A DNA stretch of 64,000 nt. Origin: the human T2T-CHM13v2.0 reference genome, Homo sapiens. The notes below the pieces were generated by a model, which saw nothing but the letters and a program-made list of their open reading frames with translations, did not search any database and was not told the DNA's origin. This document shows, one piece after another, positions 13,982 to 30,574 of the stretch. Within the stretch, counting starts at the first letter, position 1. Each line of letters begins with the position of its first letter. Made by a program: the position numbers and the translations under genes. Location of the stretch: the NCBI RefSeq assembly GCF_009914755.1, contig NC_060934.1; one strand, 5' to 3'.

Positions 13982-14505
13982 CTTCTTGTTTAAATTCAGT
14001 TCAGTGAAATATTTTTAAAAAACAGAATCTAAATATTTAATAGCAAATAATGGGATAACATTTATTAAAATTGTTTTTAACTTTGAGACCAATAAGCATA
14101 TACACAAACATATAAAGAAAGTATTTTGCAGGATGGATGGCAATATTAACTTTCTTTATGACTCATTGTTGAGCTTTCCAAAGTTATGTTAGCTAAATTA
14201 TTGAAGGGTTTCATTGATAGAAATTATGAAACCATCCTTGAATACAGACAGTTCACTAGCAGGCAAGCAATCTATATTTCACACAGCTGGAAGATGTGAG
14301 GAGATAAGGAGTAAAGGCTGTGGTGTGTTTATCACCGCTGATCAGCACACAGACTTCAGATATAAGAATGTGTTAAAACAATTTTTCCCCCAGGTTTTTC
14401 AATTATATGCTTTAAGACTGACATTATCAGCGGGATCACCTTTTAGAATGGAGATGAGCAACTTAACACATACAATACTATTAATAATTCTTCAGTTTTG
14501 TCCGT

Positions 14506-14524
14506 CAGCCACCAGAGGGCAGTA
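14506..14524 (+). promoter_or_regulatory. Strong CTCF consensus motif
   Basis: CAGCCACCAGAGGGCAGTA. Confidence 0.65.
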
Positions 14525-14811
14525 TTTTCTCTCTTTCTCTTTCTCCCTCTCCCTCCCCCGTCTTTCTTTCTCTCCGTCTCTCTTCTTTTTCTCTCCATTT
14601 CCTTCCTTCCCCCCCTTCTCTTTCTCTCTCTCTCTCTCTCTTCTCTCTCTCCATTTCCCTCCTTTCTTCCCTCCCTCTCTGCGTCTCTTTCTCTTCTTTC
14701 TCTTCCTCCATTTCCCTTTCTATCGCGCACGCTTTCTCTCTCTACCTATTTCTCCCTCTTTCCCTGTCTCTCTCCCCCATCCTTCTCTCCTCCATACATC
14801 GCTTTCACTCC

Positions 14812-14902
<91 letters not shown>
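14525..14902. repeat. Polypyrimidine (CT-rich) tract followed by a (CA)~29 microsatellite
   Basis: Directly visible: ~320 bp almost purely C/T, then a CA repeat at 14844-14902. Confidence 0.95.
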
Positions 14903-14906
<4 letters not shown>

Positions 14907-15535
14907 TACTTCATGGAGATAACTTATCCCATGGGGGACTGAGCTAGTTCTGCCTGCTCCCAGCGCCCCTCCCTCACTTTCTTGCACCATGTGCTCTGGT
15001 CCGGGCTGTCCTCAGAGCATTCACTCTGGTCTCCTGGATGCTAATCTTCCAGGGTGCTGCCAGGAGTGGTATTTTGACCACATATCTTTCCTGTTTAAGA
15101 TCCTTCAAGGACAGCGTCTCTCTGGGATTCAGGGACATTTGGACACGTCTCTGTCTTAGCCACTTACCCCATGGAACTGTCATGATTGATTTATGTGCCC
15201 ATCTTCCACACTGGCATAGGAACTCCTCTAGGATGGAGACCTGGCAGCAGATATTGTTTTTGGTAGCCTCAATTCCTAGCAGGATGCCAGACACATAGCA
15301 CGCTGTGGACTCAGTGATTAACCAGTCATAGCTGAGGAACTCTATATACTGACACTGTTGCATTTTGTCAAATATGTATGCGTTGACTCGCCCTCTCTGC
15401 CAGCCTCCGATTCACACCAGAGGAAGCTAAGGAGGGGTTTGAATCCTTGCATCAACCGGGGCTTCCCCTTGTTATATCCATTTAAAGAGGGCTCGAGGGT
15501 TAACCATTGCTTTAAACATACATTTATAGATTTTA

Positions 15536-15855
<320 letters not shown>

Positions 15856-16170
15856 AATTAATAAAATATAAACATAAATAAAAATGGACCACCTTAGCAG
15901 AGATTAGTTGACAGCTGAGAGCAGGAAGGAGATCTGGGCTAGAGACTGGGAAGGTTGGGGTGTGCCTGGGAGAGGCTGGGGCTGGGGGCAGGAGGACAAA
16001 GTATCCCAAACAAGGTTTCCAGCGAAATCTTTAACGTTCACCAACAAGGCAGTGCTGGACTTGGTTTCACCACTAGCAGCCTCTCCTTCTCCATTTTTGT
16101 AACATGTGCTCTGTTTTACTTTGAGCAAGAAAATTAAGATATATGGTTTGGCTTTAAAAGGCATAGTTCT

Positions 16171-16534
<364 letters not shown>

Positions 16535-16621
16535 TTACCTGGCAACACACGCACATGGTAAACAGAAGTCCAAACAGTACAAAGGGGGTAGAATAAAAGT
16601 TGTTTTAAAAATGGCAAGCGA

Positions 16622-16905
16622 GGCTGGGTGCAGTGGCACGCCTATAATCCCAGCACTTTGGGAGGCCGAGGTAGGTGGATCACCTGAGGTCAGGAGTTCG
16701 AGACCAGTCTGGCCAACATGGCGAAACCTTGTCTCTACTAAAAATACAAAAATTATCTCGGCGTTGTGGCACACACGTGTACGCACAGCTGCTTGGGAGG
16801 ATCACTTAAACCCAGGGGGTGGAGGTTGCAGTGAGCCGAGATCTCACCACTGCACTCCAGCCTGGGCAACAGAGTAAGACTCCATCTCAAATTAAAAAAT
16901 AAAAA
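16622..16905 (+). mobile_element. AluS with internal deletion
   Basis: Dimeric Alu lacking part of the right arm. Confidence 0.85.
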
Positions 16906-18070
16906 GGGCAGGCAAAATATCTCTTGCTTTAATTTGTCTATTTCATCTTGCTTAGTTTTTCTTTTTCTTTATTTTAAATGCCTTCCCAAAGCTTGAAACA
17001 ATTTTGTTTCCAAAAGATTGGTCTACAGCCATAAGAGTTTCTAAAACATTACTGATGAGCGTTTTAAGGATGTCTTATCTAAAATGTGGTTATGCAGTCA
17101 TTTGTATTTATACATCTCCTTCTCAAGTCTGGGTAAACAAAACTCATCAGAGCACTTACCAAAGTCAGTGGAGAGCAGCTGGTATAGGGTGCGCGTCAGG
17201 AATGAGTAAGGCAGGTGAATCAGATGTCTACCATTCGCACCAATTGCTGCAAAATCAAAGACAGATCAAAGCCCTCAGAATGGTTGGTCCGAGCTTGCAA
17301 ACTTTTCCTTTTCACATCTTGCTGGCAAGTGCTATTCAGGGTGAAAAAGATCTGGGAGAGAACAAAAATGATTATTCTGTTTTGTCTAGATGTGGAAATT
17401 CTGCCCTAGACTCCTTTGAGTTTAGAAGAAAAGGTGAAAGTTATTGCTAGATCTAAATAAGTCCCAGTTGGGAAAGATCTCAAGACAAAAAATTTTCATG
17501 GCATGTTGATACTTCAAAGATGTAATGTGAGGAGGCTTTTATATTTTGGATTTGAATGAGTATGGTCTCTTCATATTTACTCCATTTTAAGGATATACAT
17601 TCTTAAAGGGTGTTGACAATGTAAACATTTCTTAATGTGGTCTCAATTGCATTATTTAAAAAGCTGTTGAAATGGAAAAAGGAGTCCAGACTGGAGACAC
17701 GTCGAAGATCTAGAGAAAAATCCAGTGTTCAAAGGCGTGTGATAAAATGAATGGGAAGGAAATATTTGGAGACAAAAACCAAAGAACCTAACGGAGAAGA
17801 GGATTTTTATGGCCATCTGAAGCTCCTACAGCATGTTAATCTGAACAGTTATGGTCCAAGATGAAAGTGTTTAGTACACTGTTCAGTAAATATTATTGTT
17901 GGTGATGAAAAGTTTATTATGGAGAAAAAGGGAATTTTGTGGATGAAGACAAAGAAAATTGTGAGGCAACATGTCCAGAGATCTTGAAGGGCTGCGAAAA
18001 ATTTTTGAAATGTAGATAAAGAGTAAACTATTTTCTCCAAGTATACAATAAGAATTTGGAGTGATATAAA

Positions 18071-18155
18071 ATAATTTATATTATATAATTTATATAATTA
18101 TATGTAATATATAATTTATATAATTATATGTAATATATAATTATAATTATATAAT
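18071..18155. repeat. AT-rich minisatellite (TATAATTTATATAATTATATGTAATA units)
   Basis: Directly visible. Confidence 0.85.
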
Positions 18156-18293
18156 GACAAACAATTTAGTTAACTTTTGCCTAAAACATTCCAAACAGAA
18201 ATAACAATTTATACTAATTAAAAATTTACTGACATAAACTGTTCAGTGATTCACATAAACCTGGTAAAGATATGTGTTATTAATAATTATTCA

Positions 18294-18600
<307 letters not shown>

Positions 18601-18617
18601 TATTATCATTCAGACTT

Positions 18618-18870
18618 GGGCTGAGGTGGGAGGATCACTTGAGCCCAGGAGTTTGAGACCTGCCTGGGCAACACAGAGACCCCTGTCTCTACAACATAAA
18701 AATAATAAAGTCATCTGGACATGGTGGTGTGCACCTGTAGTTCTAGCTACCATGGAGGCTGAGGCAGGAGGATCACCTGAGCCCAGGAGTTTGAGGCTGC
18801 AGTTAGCTATGATTCTGACTGCACTGAAGCCTGGGTGATAGAACAAAACCCTGTCTCTAAAATAATATTA
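18618..18870 (+). mobile_element. AluJ, 5'-truncated
   Basis: Flanked by a ~22-bp duplication AATTATTATYATTCAGACTTGG (ending ~18619 and ~18897). Confidence 0.85.
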
Positions 18871-18968
18871 ATGACAATTATTATTATTCAGACTTGGTAC
18901 TGAATATTTACCATGTCTTCTGAATGCTCACATGTCTCACATGTTGAGTATTCTTGAAGAATACTTCA

Positions 18969-19399
18969 GCTGGGCATGGAGGCTCACACCTGTAATCCCA
19001 GCACTTTGGGAGGCCACAGTGGGAGGATCACTTGAAGCCAGGAGTTCAAGACCAGCTTGGGCAAACTAGCAAGACCCCATCTCTATGAAGGAAATTTAAA
19101 AATTAGCCAGGTATGGTGGTGTGCACCTGCAGTCCCAGATACTCAGGAGGCTGAGGCAGGAGGATCACTTGAGCCCAGGAATTTGAGACCAACCTGGGCA
19201 AAATAGCGAGAGCTGATCTCCATAAAAAGAATTTAAAAATTAGCCAGGCATGGTGGTATGTGCCTATCAGCTAGGCAGGAGGCTGAGATGGGAGGATCGC
19301 ATGAACTCAGGAGTTTGGGGGTGCAGTGAGCTATGATCGCACCACTGCACTCTAGCCTGGGTGACACAGCAAGACCCTGTCTCATACACACACACAAAA
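18969..19399 (+). mobile_element. AluJ trimer (three arms)
   Basis: Two A-rich linkers, AATTTAAAAATTAGCCAGG, at ~19094 and ~19230. Confidence 0.8.
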
Positions 19400-20319
19400 G
19401 CCTCTCAAAGTTGGTTTCTTCCATGGGTATTCTTTTCTTCTAGGTAGCATCCTTGTGTTCCAATATTTACATGAAGATGATGCCTTGCTGTTTTTCCATT
19501 TTAGTTGAGCAAAATTTGTGGTAGGGGAGTCCAGAATGAGAAAAACAATGACAATTTCAAAAGCAGACCTCCCTTATTTTAGAACTTTGCCCTGGATTTC
19601 ATTTTATGGCCAAAGTCCAGCTGGCCAACCTCTCTTACCCTGCACTGCCTTCTGTGATTTTGTTTGGGATGAAGGATCAGAGGAGACAGTTGACAGAGAG
19701 CTGACTTTGAGGCCAGCAGCAGGGCAAGCTGGGAGAGAGAGCTCCCCTTCCCTTCACCACGGGAAATGCAGGCAAAGCCCACACCGGTTTGTTTTTTTTC
19801 TCACTGATGGCAGAGGAATTCCTATCCCTTGGGGTTTACACTCATTTTGTGTGCTCTCCAAATCTCCCCACTTATCTTTAGACAGACTCCCAACAACCCT
19901 CTGGACACAACTCCAAAGGAAAGAGTTCGCGGGCCCACGTCGTGCTGGGGAATGACGCAGCTCACTTTTTCACAGGACGGAAATCTGGGAAGTGTTTAGT
20001 CAGTTTCACGGTGACAGGCAGGATATCAGCGGGAACCAGGTCATGACAGAATCCACACCCTGCTCTCCTCCCGTACACAGTAAGAAGCAAGTCTCAGCCA
20101 GCCAGCGTAGACTCAGAAACAGAGGGTGAGGAAGAGCTCCAAGCACTGTTTTGTTTCCTTTTTTTGCACGATTGAGCTTGTAGAAGCAGAGGTAGGAGAA
20201 AAAGAAAAAAAGAGAGAAAGAGATGAGAAGGAAGAGGATCTATGCTTCCAGGGCTAAAGCAACCCTGGCAGAGGTGGGGCTGCGAGGTAATCAACAACGC
20301 TTTCATTCGCTCTTCAATG

Positions 20320-20700
20320 TTTTCAATTAATTAATTGAAAAAAAATTTCTTGAGCGGCCCTCTTATTGGCAGACAACGTTCTAGGAGCTAGGGTTACAGC
20401 AGCGGAAGGTCAAGGCCCTGCTATCCTGGAATTTCAGTTATATTATATAGAATATCTGTCATATCCCGGGAAGGAAGATAATATCCAAGTAAACAGATGG
20501 TCCATGCAATTTTAGCTAATGAAAAGTGCTTGAAGAAAAGCCAGGCAGGGTTAGGGAATAAGTAGTGTGTGTTTGTGTGTGTATGTGTGTGTGTGAATTT
20601 CAGACAAGCAGTCAGGGAAGGCTTCTAGGAAGAGGTGACCTTTGAACAGAGGCTCTGGAATGAGGCGGAGAACAAGCCATGTGAACAATTTATCTGTACA
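20320..20700 (-). mobile_element. L2 3' fragment
   Basis: TTCTTGAGC...GTTCTAGGAGCTAGGG...CAGGGAAGGCTTC...GAAGAGGTGACCTTTGAACAGAG. Confidence 0.65.
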
Positions 20701-20994
20701 ACTGAGGAGTGCTTTCCTCTTCCTTAGCAGCGTGCACTTGTGTGCAATTTCTCCCCAGGATGGGACCACAGCCCCACTTCTTGAATCATAGAGAGACCGG
20801 GGAGTTAGAGAGAGGCATCTTCCACCGCAGTAGAGTTGGGTGACCAATATCAGAGCTGCGGCTGGACTGGGAGGGTTGGATCTGAGATGCAGTGACGTGA
20901 GGGTGGAGGGAACGGTACAGCCTCTGATTGTCACAGGGCTGCCGCCCAGGATACAGACTTGGCTGGGGATGGAACGGGTGTAGTTGGCTCTGCA

Positions 20995-21210
20995 AGTGCA
21001 GTTTTGACTCCAGCACAGCTACTCATCAGCTTGGTGCCCTGGGCACATTATTTAACCACTCTGGGTGTTAGTTTCTTTGGAGAATGGGGTTCATAAAGGT
21101 CCCTCTGCCACAGAGTCATTGGACTAACTGAGCTGATATACATGTAGAGGGTCCTCAGGAGACTGCCCGGCATAGAATCAATTCTACATAAGCTTTGGCT
21201 GTTATTAACA
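20995..21210 (+). mobile_element. MIR
   Basis: CTGGGCACATTATTTAACCACTCTG...AATGGGG...GCCCGGCATAGA...GGCTGTTATTA. Confidence 0.65.
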
Positions 21211-21649
21211 CGTGCCACACTATAGGGACCCTGAGCTCTCCCCACTCTCCCACACCCCTACACCTACTCCTCAATAGGCTGATTAGTCTCCTTATAATAC
21301 AGCCATTCTTGTCCCCCCTGGAAGCCACTTCTTCAGGGCCTCCACAGAGTCCTGCACAAAGGGCCGTGGCTTTGAACCTAAACACAAAGGGCCGTGGTTT
21401 TCACCAACCCGACCACACAGTATCCTAAGGGTAGATCCTGCAGTGCCTCCTGGCAGCCTTTCCTGACTCTTGGGATAATTTCTTTTCTAGAGTTGGATGC
21501 ACCTTTCTGGCCTCTTTCTACCTAGAGCTAAAGAAAAAAAAATTCAAATTTAAATTTCCTTGGGAAATCTAGCAACGTTAAAAACCTGTGCCTTTAAATC
21601 CTTACGTGGAGAACTGCAGTCAAGAGCACGTAGGAAAATGCAAAAGAAG

Positions 21650-21955
21650 TGAAGATACAGCTTGATCTAAGGGATAAGACCTAGTGTTTGATAGAAATAA
21701 GACCTAGTGTTTGAAAGATCAGTAGGGTGGCTGTAGTTTATAATAATCTATTTTATATTTTAAAACAGCTAAAAGAGAATAATTCAGGTGTTATGAGGAA
21801 AAAACAATATTTAAGGTGATGGATAATCCAATCATACCTATTTGATCTCTAAAAATTATATGAATGAATTAAATGATTACATGTACCCCCAAATATGTAC
21901 ATCTATTATGTATAAATAAAAAACAAACATTTCAAAAATCAGAAATAAAAACCAA
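21650..21955 (+). mobile_element. L1MA/MB 3' end
   Basis: GACCTAGTGTTTGA (tandemly duplicated)...GGTGATGGATA...ACATGTACCCCCAAATATGTACATCTATTATG with A-rich tail. Confidence 0.75.
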
Positions 21956-22078
21956 AGAAATGGAGAACATAGCGATTGTTTAAAAACATTGATCTGGTCA
22001 TGATACTCCTCTGCATAAGGCATTTTACCATCACAAGTGGTCCATTGCCCACTATATCAAGTTCAAACTCTGGCTTGA

Positions 22079-22384
22079 GGCCAGGTGCAGTGGGTCCTGC
22101 CTGTAATCCCAGCACTTTGGGAGCCGGAGGTGGGAGGATCGTTGAGCCCAGAAGTTCAAGACCAGCCTGGGCAACATAGTGAAATCCCATCTCTACAAAA
22201 AACACAAACATCAGCCAGGTATGGTGGTACCTGACTGTGGTCCCAGCTACTCAGGAGGCTGGGGTGGGAGGATCGCTTGAGCCGGGGAAGTCAAGGCTGC
22301 ACAGAGCCATGATCGTGCCGCTGCACTCTAGCCTGGGTGACAGAGCAAGATCCCGTCTCAAAAATAAAACGAAACAAAACAAAA
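22079..22384 (+). mobile_element. AluJ
   Basis: Full dimer. Confidence 0.9.
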
Positions 22385-22794
22385 TTCTGGCTTGGGAACT
22401 TTCCAGCTCGGCCTCTACTTACCTTTCTAGCGTCATGGCTCCACACTGCGTTTCCTTATCTGGGAATCCCAGCCTTACTGAACTTTCAGCTTCTGCAGCC
22501 AGCCACGCTCTTTCTGGCCTCCGGCTTTGCTGTGTGCTGTTTCTCCAGCCTGGCGATTTGCTCTGTCCCCAGCCCCTGCACTCCTTTACCTGATCTGCTC
22601 CGATTGATCCTGCAGTCCTCCGCGGCTGAGTCACTTCCTTCTGCAGGGAAGCCGTCCTGGGTTCTCCTCCGAGGACTGTCTCAGCAACCATCGCCTTCTC
22701 CACTGCAGAGGGTGTCTCCCTGTTCCTAGGGGAGGCCTGAGCACCCCATTGTATGTGTCCCTTCTCGCTCCACCCTCAGAAGCAACCAGAGTAG

Positions 22795-24065
<1,271 letters not shown>

Positions 24066-25691
24066 GCTCGATGAATTTGACTGAAGGCATGTTCTTTGCT
24101 TTCTATTAGTTTAGAATCTGTTTGAGGCAATAGCTTAAAATGACACAGAACAAATAGAACTGTAAAGCAGGTAGCTCAGTGAGTTCCTCCAGGGAGTGAT
24201 TTTCTGTAAAGATCTTGCCCAAATTTAGCTAGTCCCTAGAAGACAGTGTAGAGAGTGTTGTGAGATGAGAAGTAAGCTAGGATCCAATTATGAGGCCATG
24301 GTGAGCAACTTGAAAGAGTTTGATGTCATTGCAGGACAATGAGAAGACAAGGAAGAGCTGTCAGGGAGGGAAATTGGCCATCCTTAAAACTAACCATGAC
24401 AAAACAATTACGCACACCCCATCTGTAGATTCCAACGCTAATTAGCCTCTTTTCCCACCAGGTATGGAAAATCCTCCAAGTTTTCAGACTCATCTGGATT
24501 TGTCACAGCCCAGCTCTGCCCTTTTTCCAATGGGTTGACCTTATGCAAGTTAGTTAGGATCTGCAAACATCAATATCCTGGTATGATTAACAGGAATAAC
24601 AACAAAACCAACTTTATAGGGATTTGTGAGATTTAAAAGAGATAAGTACAGTACTAACATGTGACTAGAACAGAATCTAAAGGTAAATTATAACGGCAGC
24701 AGTCAGTAGTAGTACTACTACAGTAGTAGCAGCAGCAGTAATATTAGTAATAAAAATAGTGGTACAGATACTCTTTGAACATAATAGCTTATAGGAGCTG
24801 CCCCCCGGATTGCTACTCTGGGAGTGTGTATTTGCACATAGCATTTCCTGAGGGCAGACTGCTGTGAAGTCTCCTCTCCGTGCTTCCTCTGTCACTGGCC
24901 TGAGATTGACAGCTGTTTAGCAGGGAGATCACAGAGCTGAAGGACCCACGTGGAAAAGTGGGATCTGGAGGTGAGGAGGGAAGGGGAGGGTCAGAAGAGC
25001 CTGGAAGTCTAGGGAGAAAGAGGTTTTTCTTCCTGCATTTGGTGGTTAGCCATGTTTGCCCCCAACATAGCTGGCATGCAGGCACACATGTTAGCATGCA
25101 AGATTACATCTGTGTGTGCGCGCCCCCCCCCCCCCCACACACACACACACTCCCACACACCCCTGATAAAATCTGGGGGAGAGACAACTTTTGTGACAGA
25201 GTCCAAAAGCTATTCCTAGATCTCTCCCCTCCCCATGTGGACCATGTAATAGATTAAAATGCACTTTAAATGTAAGCTAGAGGACCACACTTCACGCATT
25301 TTCCTGTGCACTATTTGAGGGTGTGCATTTGGGCTCATGCAACACAGTTCCCCTCTCTCCAGCACTGCAGAGAGGTAGTGTGTCAGGCATGTTGTTATTA
25401 CTGCCACTGTCCTTGATTCAATGTGAATGCAGGAGGGACCCTCTACTGCAGTTATGAGAGTTCTGGATCTCCTTGGGTGATCAAAGTGGAGACACAAGGT
25501 GTGAAAAATGGAGGTCAACTTGGGGTCAATTCTCCCTGGAAATGTGTTTCTATATTTGAAACCCACCTTAACTAAATAACTATGAGAAAAGGCAGTCATT
25601 GTTGGATGCTAGGCTGCACACCCTCAAGGCTGTATGACCTGTCTAGCCTCTCTCCCCATCCTTACACATCCCCACCCCCCAAAGCCATTAG

Positions 25692-26462
<771 letters not shown>

Positions 26463-27346
26463 GAATCTTTTTTTCTTAAGAGATTGGCACAGATAAAGAT
26501 TATTGGAATGATTTCAGTTTTTTCCACCTGAGGAAGAAAAGACCAATGTGCTTTTGTCTCATGGCCCATTTCAGCTCGACATCACTATGCATACTCCTGG
26601 CTTGACACCATTCAGAACCTGTAGCAAAGGTGGGGTCGCTTCCAGGCATGAGAGTAGCAACTGGCTCCATGCTCAGCTTGCAGAAATAACTTTCCTTTCT
26701 TTCAAAATTCAGGACCACAGATTTCCAAGCTCTGGAGGTGAACTGCGGATGGCATGGTAAATTAAATGAGAAACAGGGTGACCTGTAGCCATAACATGCA
26801 TGACAGCAAAATGGGTAAAGACCATAGAAGGCCTCACAGGAGAATTTTGCTAGGGCACCTGAGGCTTCAGTATGGTTTGGGGACGTGGGTGTCAAAGTTT
26901 TAAAAGATAAAGGGATTTTAATGTAAAATGAAATAAGAATATATATATATATATTAAAATGAGTGCTAAACTCCATGAGTTCTTTTCCTTTTACCCAAAT
27001 TGATTTAATTTTCAATATTGATTTCAAAGGCTACTGTGTTTGCATGTTTGGATGATGTTGTGATGAAAACACGTTTACTAAGAACCCTGTGATTGCTCTG
27101 CAAAATGAAGAGGAGCTGCAGAGGACTGTCCCAGGCAAGGCCAACTTGCCTGTAAGACCTTTGGGAAACATTCAGTACTTCGAAGACAGAGGAAATTAAG
27201 CTGCAGTTAAAGTACTTGCAGAGAGAGCATCTGAAAGTATAGGGACAACCTAGAGATGCAGCAATCAGACTATTCTAGAATAAGAGTTGACTTATGCTTT
27301 ACTGCCTACTTAGTAAACTATGGGATGCATGCAAACAGTGATGTGA

Positions 27347-27640
27347 TCGGGCACGGTAGCTCACGCCTATAATCCTAGCATTTTGGGAGGCTGAGATGGG
27401 TGGATCGCTTGAGGCCAGGAGTTCGAGACCAGCCTGTCTAACATGGTGAAACCTCGTCTCTACTAAAAATACAACAACAAGAAAATTAGCTGGGTGTGCC
27501 TGTACTGGGGTTACTGAGGCAAGAGAATTGCTTGAATCTGGGAGTTCGAGGTTGCAGTGAGCTAAGATCATGCCACTGCAATCCTCTCTGGGCGACAAAG
27601 CAAAACCCTGTCTCAAAAAAAAAAAAAAAAAGAAAAAAGA
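27347..27640 (+). mobile_element. Alu (S/J) with right-arm deletion
   Basis: Alu body plus A tail. Confidence 0.85.
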
Positions 27641-27654
27641 GAGATTCCTGATAC

Positions 27655-27825
27655 TTTTCTTATTTATGTATTTAGAGACAAGGTCTTACTCTGTCACCCA
27701 GGCTGGAGTGCAGTGGCATGATCTTGGCTCACTGCAACCTTGAACGCCTGGGCTCAAGCAGTCTTCCTGCCTCAGCCTCCTGAGTAGCTGGGACCGCAGA
27801 TGTGCATCACCATGCCTGGTTAATT
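27655..27825 (-). mobile_element. AluJ/FRAM right arm
   Basis: Reverse-complement arm, tail-to-tail with the preceding Alu. Confidence 0.8.
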
Positions 27826-27849
27826 TGTTTTTGGTACCCAATGGGCAAA

Positions 27850-28125
27850 GGCATGACCTTCTCTTGCCCTCACTGCCTTTCCTGCAAGCTAGAGTGTAGA
27901 CCTGATGGGGCAGCCAACTTAAACCAGGGGATGGAAGCTGTGTTTTGAGGCTGGCAGAACACCAGAAAGAAAAATCTGGATTCTTGATGATTGTGCAGCC
28001 TCTATTCCAGCCCTGGATTGCCTTCCTGGATTTTGATGTGAGTGAGAAATAACCTACCAGCTTTGTAAAGTCACAGTGAGTTTGGATCTGTCATTTTCAG
28101 AGGCCAAACTATATCCCAACCCATA
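27850..28125 (+). mobile_element. LTR33-like (ERVL) 3' part
   Basis: GCAGCCAACTT...TTGAGGCTGGCAGA...CCAGCCCTGGATTGCC...GTGAGAAATAA. Confidence 0.5.
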
Positions 28126-28789
28126 CACTCACATGTTAGATTTCTTGTGGATGGAAACTGTGGCTATTCCTTTTGCTCAAGAGAAGACAGTGGACTTTCT
28201 TGCTTTTCCTTTGCAACACACATCATAGACTATCCAACCCGAGGGACTATTTGGTTGGAAAAGCAATTGATTTATAAACCAATTGGTCTGGTTGTACCAA
28301 TTTTAAACAAAAATGGTGGATTTTGATGTTTCGCTCCTTTGGTGTAATTAGATTTCTGTAGTATCGAGGCAGCCAGTCGCCAGTAGTAAGAGATGTCTAT
28401 ATTCCTCTGTGATGAATTAGACAGCCCTGTGGATTCATCTTTGGAAGTTGACAAGTCCATGTTCCAAACTAGACTGATTCTTGTATTTAATGAACATGAC
28501 AAAACAAAATGTATCACGAGCAAAAAGCATGCTATTGTGTGCTGGCAACTACTTTAGTTTGTCGAAAGGGAATTTCTAGGAGGAAAAGATAGAGTTTTAA
28601 GTCAGACTTTAAAAAATCACTTTCCAATTTTCTTAAATTTTGATTTTCTAACCCAGCTTACTGTAGTATAGGCAAGGTAGAAAAATAGTCATTTATCTGA
28701 AGGATATTCCACCCAGAATTTCAGCTTTAGGTGAGCATTAGACAAAGAGCTAAGATTCCCTGAAATTTATTTGCCCAGAGTGATGCTAG

Positions 28790-29788
<999 letters not shown>

Positions 29789-29796
29789 CTAGGGAC

Positions 29797-29970
29797 TTCA
29801 TATGCATTATGTCATGTAATCCTCACCATACAAGAGAGGTAGTACCACTATTATCTACATTTTGCACATGAGGAAATTGACATGATTGGCAAAGTTTACA
29901 CCTCTAGTAGTGGCACAGTCATGACTGGAATCTTAGCCTGACTTCTAGACTCTGAATCCAATGCTGTAAT
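29797..29970 (-). mobile_element. MIR
   Basis: CATGTAATCCTCAC...ATTATCTACATTTTGCACATGAGGAAATTGA. Confidence 0.65.
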
Positions 29971-30397
29971 GCATATTGACGCAAATGCTTAAAACCAATG
30001 AACTTTTTCTGCGGTGTTCCTAATAGCTTCTTTCTCTGGTCCAGTTATCGTTACATTATTTTTACCCAGCACTTGTAAGTGTCTTGGTGTTAATGTAAAG
30101 ACATTCACAGGCGAGAAGCTGGGAAAAAATGCAAAGAATAAAAGGATTACATCAATATTGTCAGCACATAGAAATATTTGACTTTGGTTTGTTTTTGACA
30201 GTGGAGGGTAGTTGGTAGTAGTGATAGGAATATTTTAATAGCAATTAGCCTCTTAATAGAACTAAACGACATCATAATACAGCAATGATGTCATTTTTTT
30301 CTAAACAAATATATTCACAAATGAATGTTGTATCTTTATTCCTGTTGGCCTTCTATTGATCAGAAAACCTTTAGGACTCATTTTAAAAGAGCCTTCA

Positions 30398-30555
30398 GAC
30401 TGAGCATGGTGGCTCATGCTTGTAATGCTAGTACTTTGGGACGCTGAGGCTGGATGATCGCTTGAGCTTGGAGTTGGAGGCTGCAGGGAGCTGTGAACAA
30501 GCGACTGCACTTCAGCCTAGACATTAGAGTGAGACTCTGTCTCTAAAAAAATAAA
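30398..30555 (+). mobile_element. Alu monomer (FRAM/FAM-like)
   Basis: Single arm with A tail. Confidence 0.75.
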
Positions 30556-30574
30556 GTCTTCAAAGTCCATGCCA

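Noticed and set aside
14214-14947. Longest ORFs (242 aa and 149 aa)
   Set aside because: They are open only because the CT/CA tract lacks stop codons; the translations are low-complexity.
26500-27027. 175-aa minus-strand ORF
   Set aside because: No recognisable domain, non-ATG start and no exon context.
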